DNA of 58,004 nucleotides, taken from NCBI GenBank assembly GCA_002633005.1, contig NMRA01001068.1, positions 2,567 to 60,570 on the forward strand. The letters run 5' to 3'. The translations under genes and the position numbers were made by a program. The notes beneath the pieces were generated by a model. It worked only from the letters and a program-made list of their open reading frames with translations. It was not told the origin of the DNA and ran no database searches. Below are positions 25,401 to 36,789 of this stretch, piece by piece. Position 1 is the first letter of the stretch. The number at the start of each line of letters is the position of its first letter. The DNA is from Phoronis australis. Its lineage: Eukaryota > Animalia > Phoronida.

Positions 25401-28400
25401 CATTATTAACAGGTTTTACTCATGTTGCACGTAGCTTAGAAAGCCAGTAAAACAATAATGAAGAGTGCTATAAGGAGGATGAACCACTACGAGTTAATTG
25501 ACGTTATGTTAAGAATGAAGAAAAACTTACTTGCACGACTGGCCTCCAAGAGAACACGTGACTACGAAATTCGGGAGCTGGTGACCCAGCTGTATACGTT
25601 TAGGATAGCTGAGAGTTGCCCACTGTCGCTTAAACTGGTTAATGAAAGTCATTTTCTCTTTTCCACGCTGAAATTTAAAAGGGGTCAAATTAACTATTGT
25701 ACAGTGATAATTTTTATGACGATGCTGATGATTCCGGTGTTGGTAAAATTGGTGATGAAAGTGATGATGGCAGTGAGACGTAACTGTTTGACATATTCCG
25801 TCATTCCTGTTATTTGGGGGATAATTCTAATTTATTGTTCAAACACGTCCTCCCACTATTTCCCCAAGACTAAGTCACTATTTTTGACAGCGTATAACAT
25901 CTAAAGCATACGACATTGATTGCCTGTGAGTAAATTAAATTTCAATAATACCTGCTGGCTACCACTAGGGGCCGTTTCTTCTTGGGGGCCGATTTCTCTT
26001 TTTTTCCGTCCAGGGAAAGTACCATTTGTTGACCCGAATATGTCGTCGAAGGTTGTGCCGGCTTCCGAAAGCATTGACTTCCTGAAAACATCAGCTCTCG
26101 TGACTTCTATGGTAATTTCCACACCCTGAGCTGGACCCATTTCCTCAGTGGCAATCGTCGCTAAATAAACTCTAATACTCACATCCCGAAATCTACTCTC
26201 CTACTTTGTGGAGATAAAAAACGCTTTGCATAATTGACCTAGTATTTTAATGCTATGACGTTAACACATTTCTGAGCTGAGTAGAACAAATAAAAAGGAT
26301 ATAAATCGCACCACTCAGCTTTATTTGTTACATTATCTTTTGTCAGCATTGCAACACACTGCGCAACAATAACACTTCTTTGATTTCCTAAAATCGCCTT
26401 GAGATGGAAATGTATTTGCATCGTTTCTAAAACGCACTGGTCTACTTAAATCAAACTCTAACCTATTTATACCGTCACGACGTTTCGGTCGGTCTTGCCT
26501 CTTTTCATCCTCAGGTGTTACAGCGTTCTTAATTGATGAACACATTTTTGGAATTCCGCAAACTATTAAAAATTGTTTAATATGACATCAATTTGACGTT
26601 TTTGGACCCAGTCATATAAAATTGAAATGCCAAAATTAAAAGCAATAATAGTAATGGGGCCAGATTTTACGTAGCGGTTTAAATCACTAAGTATTTTTCA
26701 AAATTAATGCCTGGCTATGGACCTGGTCAGTTTAAATTTAACTCAACTCAACTAATTTTGTAAAAGTTTCACCGAAAGCGCTAAAATGCCCCCATGGTTA
26801 CCAGAATAGAAAAAACTTCATAGACCTGCGTCATAACCGTGGCAGACAATTTTAAACATCCGTTATTATAGCAGCAGGGTGCACGTTTGGTGATAACGCG
26901 ACTACTTGTAAAAACAAGGTGACTGACCTCCAAACGCAGTTGAGAAGAATAGCTCAAAGCGTTCTTGCTTCGACATTCATGAAAGATCGACTCACCGTAT
27001 TGGGTTCATATTACATAAAGTAATGGCGGGAAACGTTAGCTGGTTGGAGTACGTGTAGTTGATATTCGTATTGACAGGATACGTGAAGAACTCGTCGAAT
27101 ACCCCATACACCTCTTCGATGGTATATGCTGCAACAGTAGTAATAACATGGAATGGGGTACTCCTATGATTTAGGATGTTTTCAATGTGGGACGCTCGGT
27201 TAGCTTCTCATAAAGCTGTAATGTTCATTACTTGCTCGATTTGCGACCAAAAGAGAAATTCTCCTCATGAAATTATTTACATAATCTTTAAACATGACTA
27301 ATTTACAATTTCTAAGTACCTAAATTTTTAAGTTTTAGTTTCCAGAAATAGAAAAATAATCTTTATTGTCTAAATTAAATGAAAATTTTCGCAAAATTGG
27401 GCATGTGAGCACTTTAGAAGTACAGAAAGGAGACGACTTTGCTCACCAGTTAACCCCAACACGATTAAAAGCCATAAAATCCGTTTCACCCAGCTTTTAC
27501 GCAGCACAATTTGCGGAACTCCATCGCAGGCAGCGTTTTCTGCCCACCTGAAAGAACAAACATGACATAGTGCAAGTATCCAGAATTAAGAAGTGAAATA
27601 TTTGAAAACGGATCATGCCACTTCACATAAGTCCATATTGCATCTAAAAGACGTTATAAAGCTGCCTTCTTTAATAAACTATCCTTTGATTTAGGCATTG
27701 TCATAAAACTGGTATCAACTTAAGCAGAGTGAAAAGTGACTTCTGTGCCCGGTTGCATGAGACAGTCCCAAATAGGGACTCAACTAAGTTCCCTAAATCT
27801 TCTGCCTATTTGTTTCCTTGTTCATTCACCGATGTTATATTTTTATATCATTTCATCTTTACGCTGAGCTGCTGTTTGACTAATGAGACATTTTCTAATA
27901 ATATAACTTAAAAACTGAGCCCTTAATTAGTTTATTATAATTAGGGACTTACAAAGGTTATGCCAATTAATTATGAGCGCATCACAGTCTAGAAATAATT
28001 TACATAAATTATCTCAGAAACTAACAGTTATGCGTATATGTTCGGAGACTTTGCACTTTTGCTCAAGTGAAATTTAATTACTTTTTGGAAATAGTTGTGG
28101 GGAGCGTAATACTGTATTTCAGACTTCAGTCTTGAGTCAACGTTCAAGAAAGAGTACCCTGGACATGGACACTGGCAGTCAGTTATTACTTGAGATAAGC
28201 CAACTCACTGAGCAATGACGAACTGACCAGAACAAGTTGAGAAAGCACTTTCAAACTGAGCCAGGAGACCCCTCTCGCGGTAACAGTCTGAGTAAAGGGT
28301 GCAGCACGGCAGCTTAAAGAACAGCAGATGGTTTTCTTCCTAGAGGTCTTGTCATTTTCTTTAACTTAAAGACCAAGACTGACCTCACCAGAAAGAGGCT

Positions 28401-31400
28401 ACAAGGAGAGCCAAGAAAATACGCCGTCTGACGGTTTGGAGAATAAATCGGGGAATGATGCCGTGACCGTCCGGCGGTTGTGTTTCCGGTGTTTTGAAGG
28501 AATAAGAACACAGTGCGGGCCTTTGTAGCTCTCAAAAATGAAAAATTACGGTGGGTCAGGTTGGATGGTAATTCTGTGGAGTAAATGGCGAGCGATTGTC
28601 ACGAATGGTATTCAACAGTTCTTTGAAGTTGTTTTGAGTAACAGAAGCGTAGAAATTTGGCCCCAGTTCTCGGTTCTACCCGGAACCGGAAGTCTCTTCG
28701 GTTTCAGAGCACTTCGCACTAGTTCGGTGCGACATTTTTGCTACAAGTACAGGTACCCCTTTAGAAGAATGAAATTAGAAAAAATCTGGTAGGTAGTGCC
28801 ATACATGTATTTAAACCTATATCTCTTGAATCTTAAGTGCAAGAGATTCACGCGATTCTTGTCTCCGCTCTGGGACCGGGAAAGACGCGAATTTGTGATT
28901 TCGAGGAGAAGAATGCCACAATCGCAATTTTTGTCGTTTTTTAAGCATTTCAATTTTCCAGTTGTCGTAGCTCGGCAAAAAGACGTGACATTGTTGAATT
29001 GTTTTATGCTTGAAAACCCCCATCGAGTGTGCTGGATGTAAGTTATGTATTGGTTCACGTATCTTGAAACAGAGAGGAAATAAGGGCTTTTGTCGAACCA
29101 CATCAGCCACTCGAAGGTGAGGCCAATGAGTCACCACTGAACACCGACAAATCGTTATAAATTTCTAATAAGGAGAATAAGTGGACATGACGTAGTTCAG
29201 TGCCCGCAGTTTTTGATATTTGTTTACAGTGAAAGAAGGGTTGTATAGTGGATTGGCAAAAGTTCAAAAACAGGATCAGCGAAATATCAACTAAACTACC
29301 AAGAACCACATTTTTTTCGAATGATCGCTAGGATAACCTTTTAATTCCCTAGTTACGGGTAGGACGGCCACTGAGAAACGGTGGGGTCAAGGAGTGTAGT
29401 ACATTCTACGCACACTCCTTGGTGAGGTTGTTTGGGAACCAATCCACTGACGCGCGGCTTTTGTCACTTCTGATAAAATAACACCTTCAAAATGGAATGT
29501 CCACTAGGGGGTGCTGCAGTAGTCAAATCCGTCCGAAAATCGACCGAAACCACCGCATTGCCGCAACGTACGTTCTCCTATTTCGGTAAAACCCTCCAAT
29601 AATTTTTCTCGCTCATCTTTAGAAAATGCTAAAAAACACATTGTCAAGAACACAGTGACCACGAGGAGGTGCTGGAGAGGTCGCACATGCCCCACTAAAT
29701 CGACTTGTGCCAGAGAAAATTGGAACATTTTTTACTTTTGACACCTGTAGATGCATGTACTCTAAGGTGTAACGCACAAACTCTCCATAGTCTAGGCACT
29801 GACTTTCGAATATATTCGTTGACTTTGTTATTTTTCTCGAGTTTGAATTTTCTATTGTGGAAAACACTGGAATCTGCCCGAAAATTGACTGGTCGGCCTG
29901 GTACATTGCCAAGTTTCATTGAAATCCATCAATCGGATTTCTAGACATCCCTCAAAAATAGCGAAATGTCCCTTTTCGAGACCACTAAGGAGTGTTACAG
30001 GGATCGCATCTCCCTGAAAATCGACTGATGCCCGCGCATTGCTGTCACGTACCTCTGTGTCAAGTTTCATTGAAATCCTCCATCGGTTCTTTAGGTACCA
30101 CCCGGAAAATCTCTTCCTCAGAAGCCTGAAAAGCCCCACCCTCTACACGTGGAGAAAGCACCTGATGTAAAAGTGACATGCGCCGTTTTAGTGATGCCCC
30201 TGCCATATTTTGGTGATACCCAGCATACACTTGTGCCATATTTTAGTGATACCCAGCATACACTTGTGCCATATTTTAGTGATACCCAGCATACACCACA
30301 TTTCATCAAGATATGACAAGGTTTTTTGAGGTAACGAGCTGACACCTGCACATGGTGACGACTACACATATATAGCGGTGAGGGTACAAAAAGAAACACT
30401 TTTTTCTTAAAGTCTCGATCAACCACGTTTCAATGTTAAAAATAAAAGCTTTGAAGTTTGTTCACAGGTGTAATGGTCCCCCAAAGCAACAACATTCTCC
30501 CTTGCAGACGACTGGAACTAACCCCACATGACAAGCAACTTAATGAGCCAAGTTTGAAAGAATCTTTGAAATCATGTCTAATTTGAATAACGAATGAAAG
30601 GAGACTGAGAACTAGTTGATGTCCGTTGTTCAGTGGAGAAAGCTGGTTCTCAAAAAGCGGGCTTCTTATATCCGACTATTACCAAAAGAGATCGACCTCA
30701 GTAGGTAACCTAAAACAAAGTTAACGTTGATTTTTACCAGTGACAGAAGACAGGGGCGGATCCAGGATTTTGAGTTGGAGGGGCCAGGGCACAGGAATAA
30801 CCAGAATTTCGGCAGAAATGTAGGGATGCAGGGGTCTCGAATTTTTGGGTTTGCGGACCTTTTGACTGAAAAAAAAACGGTAAACGGGGTTTGTTCAGGG
30901 CCTATGCAATGCTTATTTACCTCCCGAGTCCCCCTGGTTGCGAGCATGTACTAGTCAGCAATTCGCATACGACCTACCAAGTGGTATGTGGTAGAATTTT
31001 GGGGGGAGGGGGGCACGGCCCCCTTGGCCCCCCTAAATACGCCACTGGAAGACGTGGGTTTATTGCCTCTTTGTAAGAATAAGCAAATTGCAAACAGTTT
31101 AATTTGTCATACTCTTTCAGAAATTCCTTGAGCGATTGTTTTTCTTCTTCTTCTTTCGCCATATTTTCCAAGTGTGTCTTTGGGTTAACACCGTTGGACA
31201 TTTCTGTAAGGAAATAACAGGCGCATTAAATCATCACCAGCATAAAGAGAAGGAAGAGGTTGTCGTGGTTACGTCATAAGAATTACAGGCGAGTATCGTG
31301 GACAATGGGCATGAAACTTGCAAGCCGAAGGCTGAGCGTATTCGAGAAGGCATCGCTTTACTTGCTTTTTGATCGAGGATAGAAATGACCAGAATACCAA

Positions 31401-32239
31401 TAAAATCAATTTACATCTACAAAATCCAAAAAGTTTCCAAATGTAAGAAATGATGTTTTTCCGGGGAATGGTGACCGCGCTTCGGTTAGCTGTCAAGGGT
31501 CTAAACCAATGTTGGGACACTGGTAAATTGAGATCGGAAACGATATTTAATAATCACGGCGTGCGCAAGTGCATGAATCTACTGACATGGCAGTTCGTTA
31601 TCACTTAATATACTTATAAGCAATATTAAATATTCACGAGTTTGTTTTCCTATAGAACACTTTAAAGGAAAATTGGATTGAAACGCATTAATACGACTCT
31701 CCATAGATACTGGAGTTCTAGAGGAACACTAGTAATCGTTTGCAGATGAGTAGAATAAATTATTTAACACCACAGGGACGTGTCTGGAGGTTCATGTACA
31801 TACCGTTTAATGTCATCAAAATTGTATCGATTTTATTTCGTGACTGACAAATTGCTATTTGAAATCGTTTGAAATCGTCAGCTTACATGTTAAGTTTGGG
31901 TAATTCTGCGTTTTAGGTGTCTAAATTACGTCTAAATTGTTTCTATATTCAAATTGATAATTTATCTGTATTTTCCAAATCCTAGGAGTCTTATGATTCA
32001 AAAGAAATTTTTAAATTTAAAAATCTATTTTGAAGTGCAATTAGGGATTACGGTGGTCATGCAAAAATGCAGCCGCAACAACGCGACAGCGATTCCCGGC
32101 CAACTTTATGGCTACGTCTTTCTAGATAGACAGCGCAACTTTTGAAGTTATACTTGAACAAAAAACACGTGTTTCAACCTTTACTTCAGCACTTACCCAT
32201 TCTGTCACTCTGGCGAAACTGAGGTCGGCGGATAATCAT
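16430..32239 (-). CDS. DEG/ENaC (amiloride-sensitive / acid-sensing channel superfamily) subunit, about 529 aa
   Basis: Thirteen phase-consistent minus-strand exons: 32239-32197, 31203-31113, 27547-27447, 27128-26996, 26081-25952, 25667-25531, 24818-24712, 24328-24165, 23335-23222, 22973-22829, 18294-18222, 17309-17114, 16585-16430 (TAG); total 1590 nt. Motifs: KRILW-TM1, YPVNT, FPAITLCNMNP, LGHQLPNFVVTC, FGNCFVFNSG, GPLFGLTM, GARLHI..PFPE..G, Cys-rich thumb ACHNTCYQ..CRC..CDCPIPC, SPWPS, KVEIYY, TM2 LISDLGGQIGLWLGAS. The first exon and start codon are less certain (alternative ATGs at 32200 and 31201). Confidence 0.92.
16697..16927. mobile_element. hAT-like MITE in the last intron of the channel gene
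   Basis: TIRs CAGAGGCGGATCTACG / CGTAGATCTGCCACTG; flanks GTAGG / GAAGG; related to 6712-7392. Confidence 0.75.
16994..17088. repeat. Tandem repeat, about 29-30 bp x3
   Basis: GGCCATGTTCTGGGGGTACTACCACTTTGT repeated. Confidence 0.85.
17451..17538. repeat. Tandem repeat, 29 bp x3
   Basis: CACTGTTTTGCGCTATTGACAATAATTG(T/C) repeated. Confidence 0.9.
18495..19121 (+). mobile_element. Penelope-like retroelement 3' fragment (GIY-YIG endonuclease, Neptune-type Cys linker)
   Basis: NCTTNSIIYLITCRKCSIQYVGQT...RF...IGNHFN...REQFWIDKLNTLEPNGLN (PLE GIY-YIG with GLN end). Upstream IPFIIIFNP...LFPHPPVISW...LKNYLFRA, and C-x4-C-x2-C (18718-18744) in another frame. Intronic and antisense to the channel gene. 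Confidence 0.85.
19555..20421. mobile_element. Foldback-like DNA element with inverted 17-bp subterminal arrays
   Basis: GAAGGTTCAxTAxTCC units at 19575-19625 and the reverse-oriented TTCGGAATAGTG units at 20280-20412; left part homologous (inverted) to 5670-6151. Confidence 0.55.
21834..22077. mobile_element. PIF/Harbinger-like MITE
   Basis: TIR GGGCCTGTTCCAAGAAACTGACT / AGTCAGTTTTGTTAGAACGGGCCC; 3-bp TSD CAG (21831-21833, 22078-22080); internal CTTAAG-rich palindromes. Confidence 0.8.
22335..22668. mobile_element. PIF/Harbinger-like MITE (second family)
   Basis: TIR TACCTGGTTGCATGAAACAGTCCCAAATAGGGA / TCCCTATTTGGGACTGTTTCCTGCAACCGGGCA; TSD CTG. A partial inverted copy starts at about 27746. 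Confidence 0.8.
23982..24131. repeat. Minisatellite, 42 bp x about 3.5 (intronic)
   Basis: TATACACAGAGAAAACAAGCAGAACTGAGCCTTCCCTTTCGA repeated; it produces the repetitive ORFs 23922..24356 and 23981..24217. Confidence 0.95.
26471..26524 (-). ncRNA. Degenerate Penelope-type (type I, minimal) hammerhead ribozyme motif
   Basis: Minus strand GCTGTAACAC-CTGAGGA-TG...GACCGACC-GAAAC-GTC-GTGACGGT: intact core boxes and stem I pairing (CAC/GTG, CTGT/ACGG); stem II 5' arm decayed. Confidence 0.5.
29388..30392 (-). mobile_element. Second HINE-like element family (degenerate)
   Basis: Minus-strand start TTTTGTACCCTCACC, repeated CAAGTTTCAT(T)GAAATC blocks typical of HINE central repeats, internal 33-bp x3 repeat (30201-30297), hairpin CAAGGAGTGT...ACACTCCTTG (29388-29421). 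Boundaries uncertain. Confidence 0.45.
30751..31047. mobile_element. hAT-like MITE with 5-bp TSD (intronic)
   Basis: TIRs CAGGGGCGGAT / ATACGCCACTG; perfect TSD GAAGA (30746-30750, 31048-31052); inverted homolog of 45529-45828. Confidence 0.85.
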
Positions 32240-34080
32240 ATCTGATAAGCAAAGTCTAAATTTCCAAATTTTTAGTTCACACCGAGTCCTGTTTTTAGCA
32301 CGCTAAAACGGTTATGGTGACGAGGGGGTTTGTTTGAACTATTTTCACAAGATTAGCACAATAAAATACTGCTACTAGATAACAAATGGAATTTCTGATA
32401 ACATCAGAGTGAATCGATATGTTAAATAAAAATTTCATTTCCATTTGTTTTCCAATTCCAATTCATTTAAATGAGGTAGATGTACTTATTGTGTCGCAAA
32501 AGAGTTGACAAGAAAAAACAACATGCTCAGGTCAAATTGTCTGACGTCATTTGAAGTGGGTGTTCCATTTTATCATCACCTGCAAATTATTTGAACAGTT
32601 AGACAAAGTCTACACCGTATTGCTGGCATTTCAATTCACTAGGTCCGAATAAGCATTCCGTCTTCAACAACCAAACTTATGACCGCAGTATCGAAGATAA
32701 TTCCTCTTCACCACTACTGCCCATTATTGGCCTCATCTATGGGAGTACTCCTCGGGCAATACTGGAAATGAAATTGATTTACCTGACATTGTTTGCCCAT
32801 CGACAAAGATCTTTTAACCTCAACAGTGTAACGTACTAACAATCTCGTCTTATATCGCCGTGTTGTTCTATTCAGTATTTTAGCCAGCCTTTCGGTTGAT
32901 GGTTGCTGATGCAGGCGTGCAAAATACGTGTATGCAAGTTTTTATGGGTTCTTTCTTCAATATACAAATGCCAAAATACCAAAGTAAGGCCTAGGCCTAA
33001 ATGCTAATGAGCTTTGGCAGAGATTTTATAGTTACCATTAAAGTATCTTTGACTTTGAGCCGACTGGACGCGGTCTAAAAAACAGTCATACTCAAAATGA
33101 CGCTTTCTGGTTTGACAGAATTTTGATCTAAAAGCAACAATCATTGTCAGGATACGCCGGCCTGCTGCGGGCAAAATAATACCAAAAGGGAACTCATGAC
33201 GGCAGGGCGATTACAGGCACATCACTCTTACGACTCTTAGGGTGAGTGACCGTACCTAAACGACATTTGTTCGGCGAATCCAATGTTCAATGGCTATACT
33301 CATTTTCGAACATAACCTAAGATGTTATCGCAAAGAATGGCGCCGGAAACTTGAGTGGTGATTTCTAGCTAAGTCGACTAAATCACGTTTGCTTCACTCA
33401 GCAACGGGATGAATGGCCAAATTTCGGTTAATATGCTATAGGGGCGTATAGTTTCAACTGAGTCAAGATCCTATACCTACTTAGAGCATCGCTTATTATC
33501 GCATGTATTCGAACGTTATTCAACTGCACGGTCGAAGACAAATAATTAGGCCTACACAGATCACCTTACCCAAACCAAAATGGACGTCATTCACACAGGA
33601 AAGCTCGACTTCTGCCATCAACCGTGTTCGTTAAGCGCCCTTGGTAAACTGGTCCTAGCATCTCGCGTATTGGTGTTTACAAAGCAAAGCTTAGAGTAAT
33701 TGTCGCGTGACTCAATCGACTGCACTAGCAACACAACACGGCTATTATTAGTCGATGTCAAGCAGTTCGCTACTGGATCAAATACAATAGTTTGACGTTA
33801 TGTTCAACGTACGTCATTAAATTCGGTCAGTAGTGACCGACCCGTAAACTAATGAGTAAATCCTCGGACTATAGTCCCACGTAAATCCGATTAGCAGCTA
33901 TTAATTTCAGGTTCTAGCGGAAATCATTATTTCCTCGCAGCTGACTTTCTCCCTGTTTAGCCGACAAAATCCAAGTAGGCCTTTTACTCTGAAAAAATCA
34001 GTCTCGCAATATTTCTTACCGAGATACAAGAAAACAAAGAACCCACGCTTGGCGATGTACTTACAACACTACGTACAGAA

Positions 34081-34123
34081 TCTGACGTTTCGTTTCTCAG
34101 TAGTCAAAACATCGTCAGTGGGA
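34081..34123 (-). ncRNA. Penelope-type hammerhead core relic
   Basis: Minus strand CTGACGA-T-GTTTT-gactactga-GAAAC-GAAAC-GTC: both core boxes, stem II (GTTTT/GAAAC) and palindromic ACGT stem III intact; stem I does not pair. Confidence 0.45.
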
Positions 34124-34481
34124 AACCACACACCTAAAAGGTGAAGACTGCAGAATAACCAAACACTAGAATAGCAGACACAACATGACAAGGGGACAGG
34201 AAAGAAAAAGTTGGAGGGAGTCGGGACTAGAGCTGTATTTTTCGTGACATCGTTCTCTAAAGCGTTTGTCACTGTTTGTTTTCTACAATTGATTTAGCCT
34301 AAAACCTTTACCGTGATTGAATATATTCTACTTTCGTCGCGATAAGATGCTTGAAACCTACAGTGACTCAAAAACGCTTCGGAGTTTATAAGGGTTGGCC
34401 AAACCTAAAATTGCGACTTCGAAAATGGCGCCTGTTCGCATTGCAAGTGACTTAGTTAGTAACAGAAATGGATTGATACCA

Positions 34482-34904
34482 CGGTAAGAAATGGAATGAT
34501 CTCACGGTAAGAAATGGAATGATATCTCGGTAAGAAATGGAACGATATCACGGTAAGAAATGGAACGATATCACGGTAAGAAATGGAATGATATCACGGT
34601 AAAAGATGGAACAATATCACGGTAAGAAATGGAATGATATCTCGGTAAGAAATGGAATGATATCTCGGTAAGAAATGGAACGATATCACGGTAAGAAATG
34701 GAATGATATCTCGGTAAGAAATGGAATGATATCTCGGTAAGAAATGGAACGATATCACGGTAAGAAATGGAATGATATCTCGGTAAGAAATGGAATAATA
34801 TCACGGTAAGAAATGGAATGATATCTCGGTAAGAAATGGAACGATATCACGGTAAGAAATGGAATGATATCTCGGTAAGAAATGGAATAATATCACGGTA
34901 AGAA
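34482..34904. repeat. Minisatellite, 23 bp x about 18
   Basis: CGGTAAGAAATGGAA(T/C)GATATC(T/A) tandem array. Confidence 0.97.
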
Positions 34905-34989
34905 ATATTTTGAGAAAGAGTTCATAAGAGTGAAAAGCATAATTCGATTTTCGATTTTAGCCAGCTAAACAGGGCGAAATGTAGTTTTT

Positions 34990-35470
34990 AAATTATTTAT
35001 TTCAAAACACAACACATATACATATATAAAGGTGTACAAGGGTGATATCCAATACCATTGAAGCAGAAGTGAAGAATAGAAGACGAAATAAATATAAACG
35101 TAACGTCCAAAACTGACACAAAAGACCTCCAGATGTTGCAAAGAACTGTCTATTGACATATTGTGTAAGTTTGTAAATCTATCTAACGTTGCTTTTGTTT
35201 AGATAAGAAAAATCTATATGAGCAAAAAAATACGTTGTATACTGAATATACTTTCTTAGAAGACTCGGGGAAACCAAACAAAGCTATTTTCGTTGATATA
35301 GTGATAACTTGATTAAAAACATTACATGTATTTACCCAATGGGATAAACTACTCCATAGTGTCTTTACAATATTGCAATCTTTTTGTATTGTTATGAGTT
35401 TCAAAGTGAACCTTTTGTAGGAAATTTTATCGAAAAGGAATCCTTTCGAAGAGAATTTTGTTAGAAAAGG
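34990..35470 (-). mobile_element. L1/Tx1-like LINE ORF2 C-terminal remnant with 3' tail
   Basis: CNIVKTLWSSLSHW...KIALFG....YNVFF..YRFFLSKQK resembles the C-x2-V-x2-LW...LFG...N region after the ORF2 zinc knuckle; followed by an AT-rich tail with AATAAAT. Confidence 0.5.
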
Positions 35471-36789
35471 CACTCTTTCGTAGGGAAACTGGTCTTAAAA
35501 ACATATGATCCATCCCGTATTCCTCTCACATGGGAGTACCTACAGGTCTTGGTCTAATAAAGGGTTTCGCAAATTCTTTTAGCTTTAACTGCTATGTGTA
35601 TTGGTTCATTCATGCGATTACAATTCCCTCAAAGCCCTTTTGTCTAAACATAAACTCCGTAGACAAGAATAAGAAACCATTCTGTGGTCGAGTTCCTAAC
35701 CCAAAAAGTGAATCCTTTCGCAGGAGATTCATTCGTACGGATTCTGATCGTGAAAAGTCCAAGGACACGTAAGACTACAGCTGAGCAACTTAGGCTTTTT
35801 GTCAGAAAAGCGGGATCACGCACGTCTTTGCGGCAACCATGCGAGCACACGCCATGTTTGCTCCTTGTGTGTCTGGTAGTACCACGTTCCTATCAGGACA
35901 CTCTGATGACCAAGACCATGTTCTGTGATTCGTGCATGAAAAGTGACATCACGCAATATATCAATCAATATTGATCCTTACGGAACTTGTCTACTACACT
36001 TCTTATCAACACGTGTTTAATCGTTCACATCCCGTTGTTTGTACATAAAGGGGAAGGTTATCCAGAACCATCGCATTATCAAGTTTACTTCCGAGGAGCT
36101 GTTGCTACGACAAACACACACAAACACATACACACACACACATGGTTGGGTCTCGCGACAAAGGACGTTATGACTTCTGAACATATTGGAATACACAGAG
36201 AAATAAGATCCACAATATTCCTACCCGTAGGATGCTAAAGATAACCCAATGCTTCTTTTTCCTACCTCATGTCCAGAAACGGCCACAAGGCTCAGAACAT
36301 CCGGCCAGAGCACATGCAACCCAAACAAAATATTGGGATTAATCCTCATCTACATGTATACACATGTAACATCGGGCTTTGACGACTCCTTATCATGTTT
36401 ATTTCATGAAAGAAAGATGTTATGTAATAGGCGCATGTTACTTCAGTGAGGGTTCAATAGATGCCTCTTACCGTTCTTCAAATACTCCATTGTCCACGTA
36501 GCTGAATAGATGACCTTTTTGGAGTAATCAGAAAGGAATGTCGATGTGGATGGTAAACTTTCACCATTGTAGCAGCACACTTGAATACAAAACGAGGACT
36601 GGATAGTTCTGGATTCGCGGACGTGGATATTACGTCCACACGGTAAAATCTCCCAGATAAAACCCTTGGACCCCATATCCATAACCCAGTTTGTCCAATA
36701 TCCGAGCCAAAAAGTTATTTCATCAGAAAATTTTAGGCTCAACATCCTATTTTGAAATTTAATACGAATATCAAAACCTGTCAAAGTTG

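Noticed and set aside
28314-29309. Cluster of overlapping 70-120 aa ORFs
   Set aside because: No identifiable protein motif; possibly decayed TE sequence but unsupported.
30751-31201. MITE apparently inserted in a channel coding exon (ORF 30974..31201 runs into it)
   Set aside because: The phase-2 donor AAAGA|GTATGA at 31113/31112 joins correctly to the next exon (KE-WAEN), so the MITE is intronic.
34482-34904. CRISPR-like regular repeats (also 42319, 47455, 51961, 53296)
   Set aside because: Head-to-tail units without unique spacers, no cas genes, eukaryotic context.
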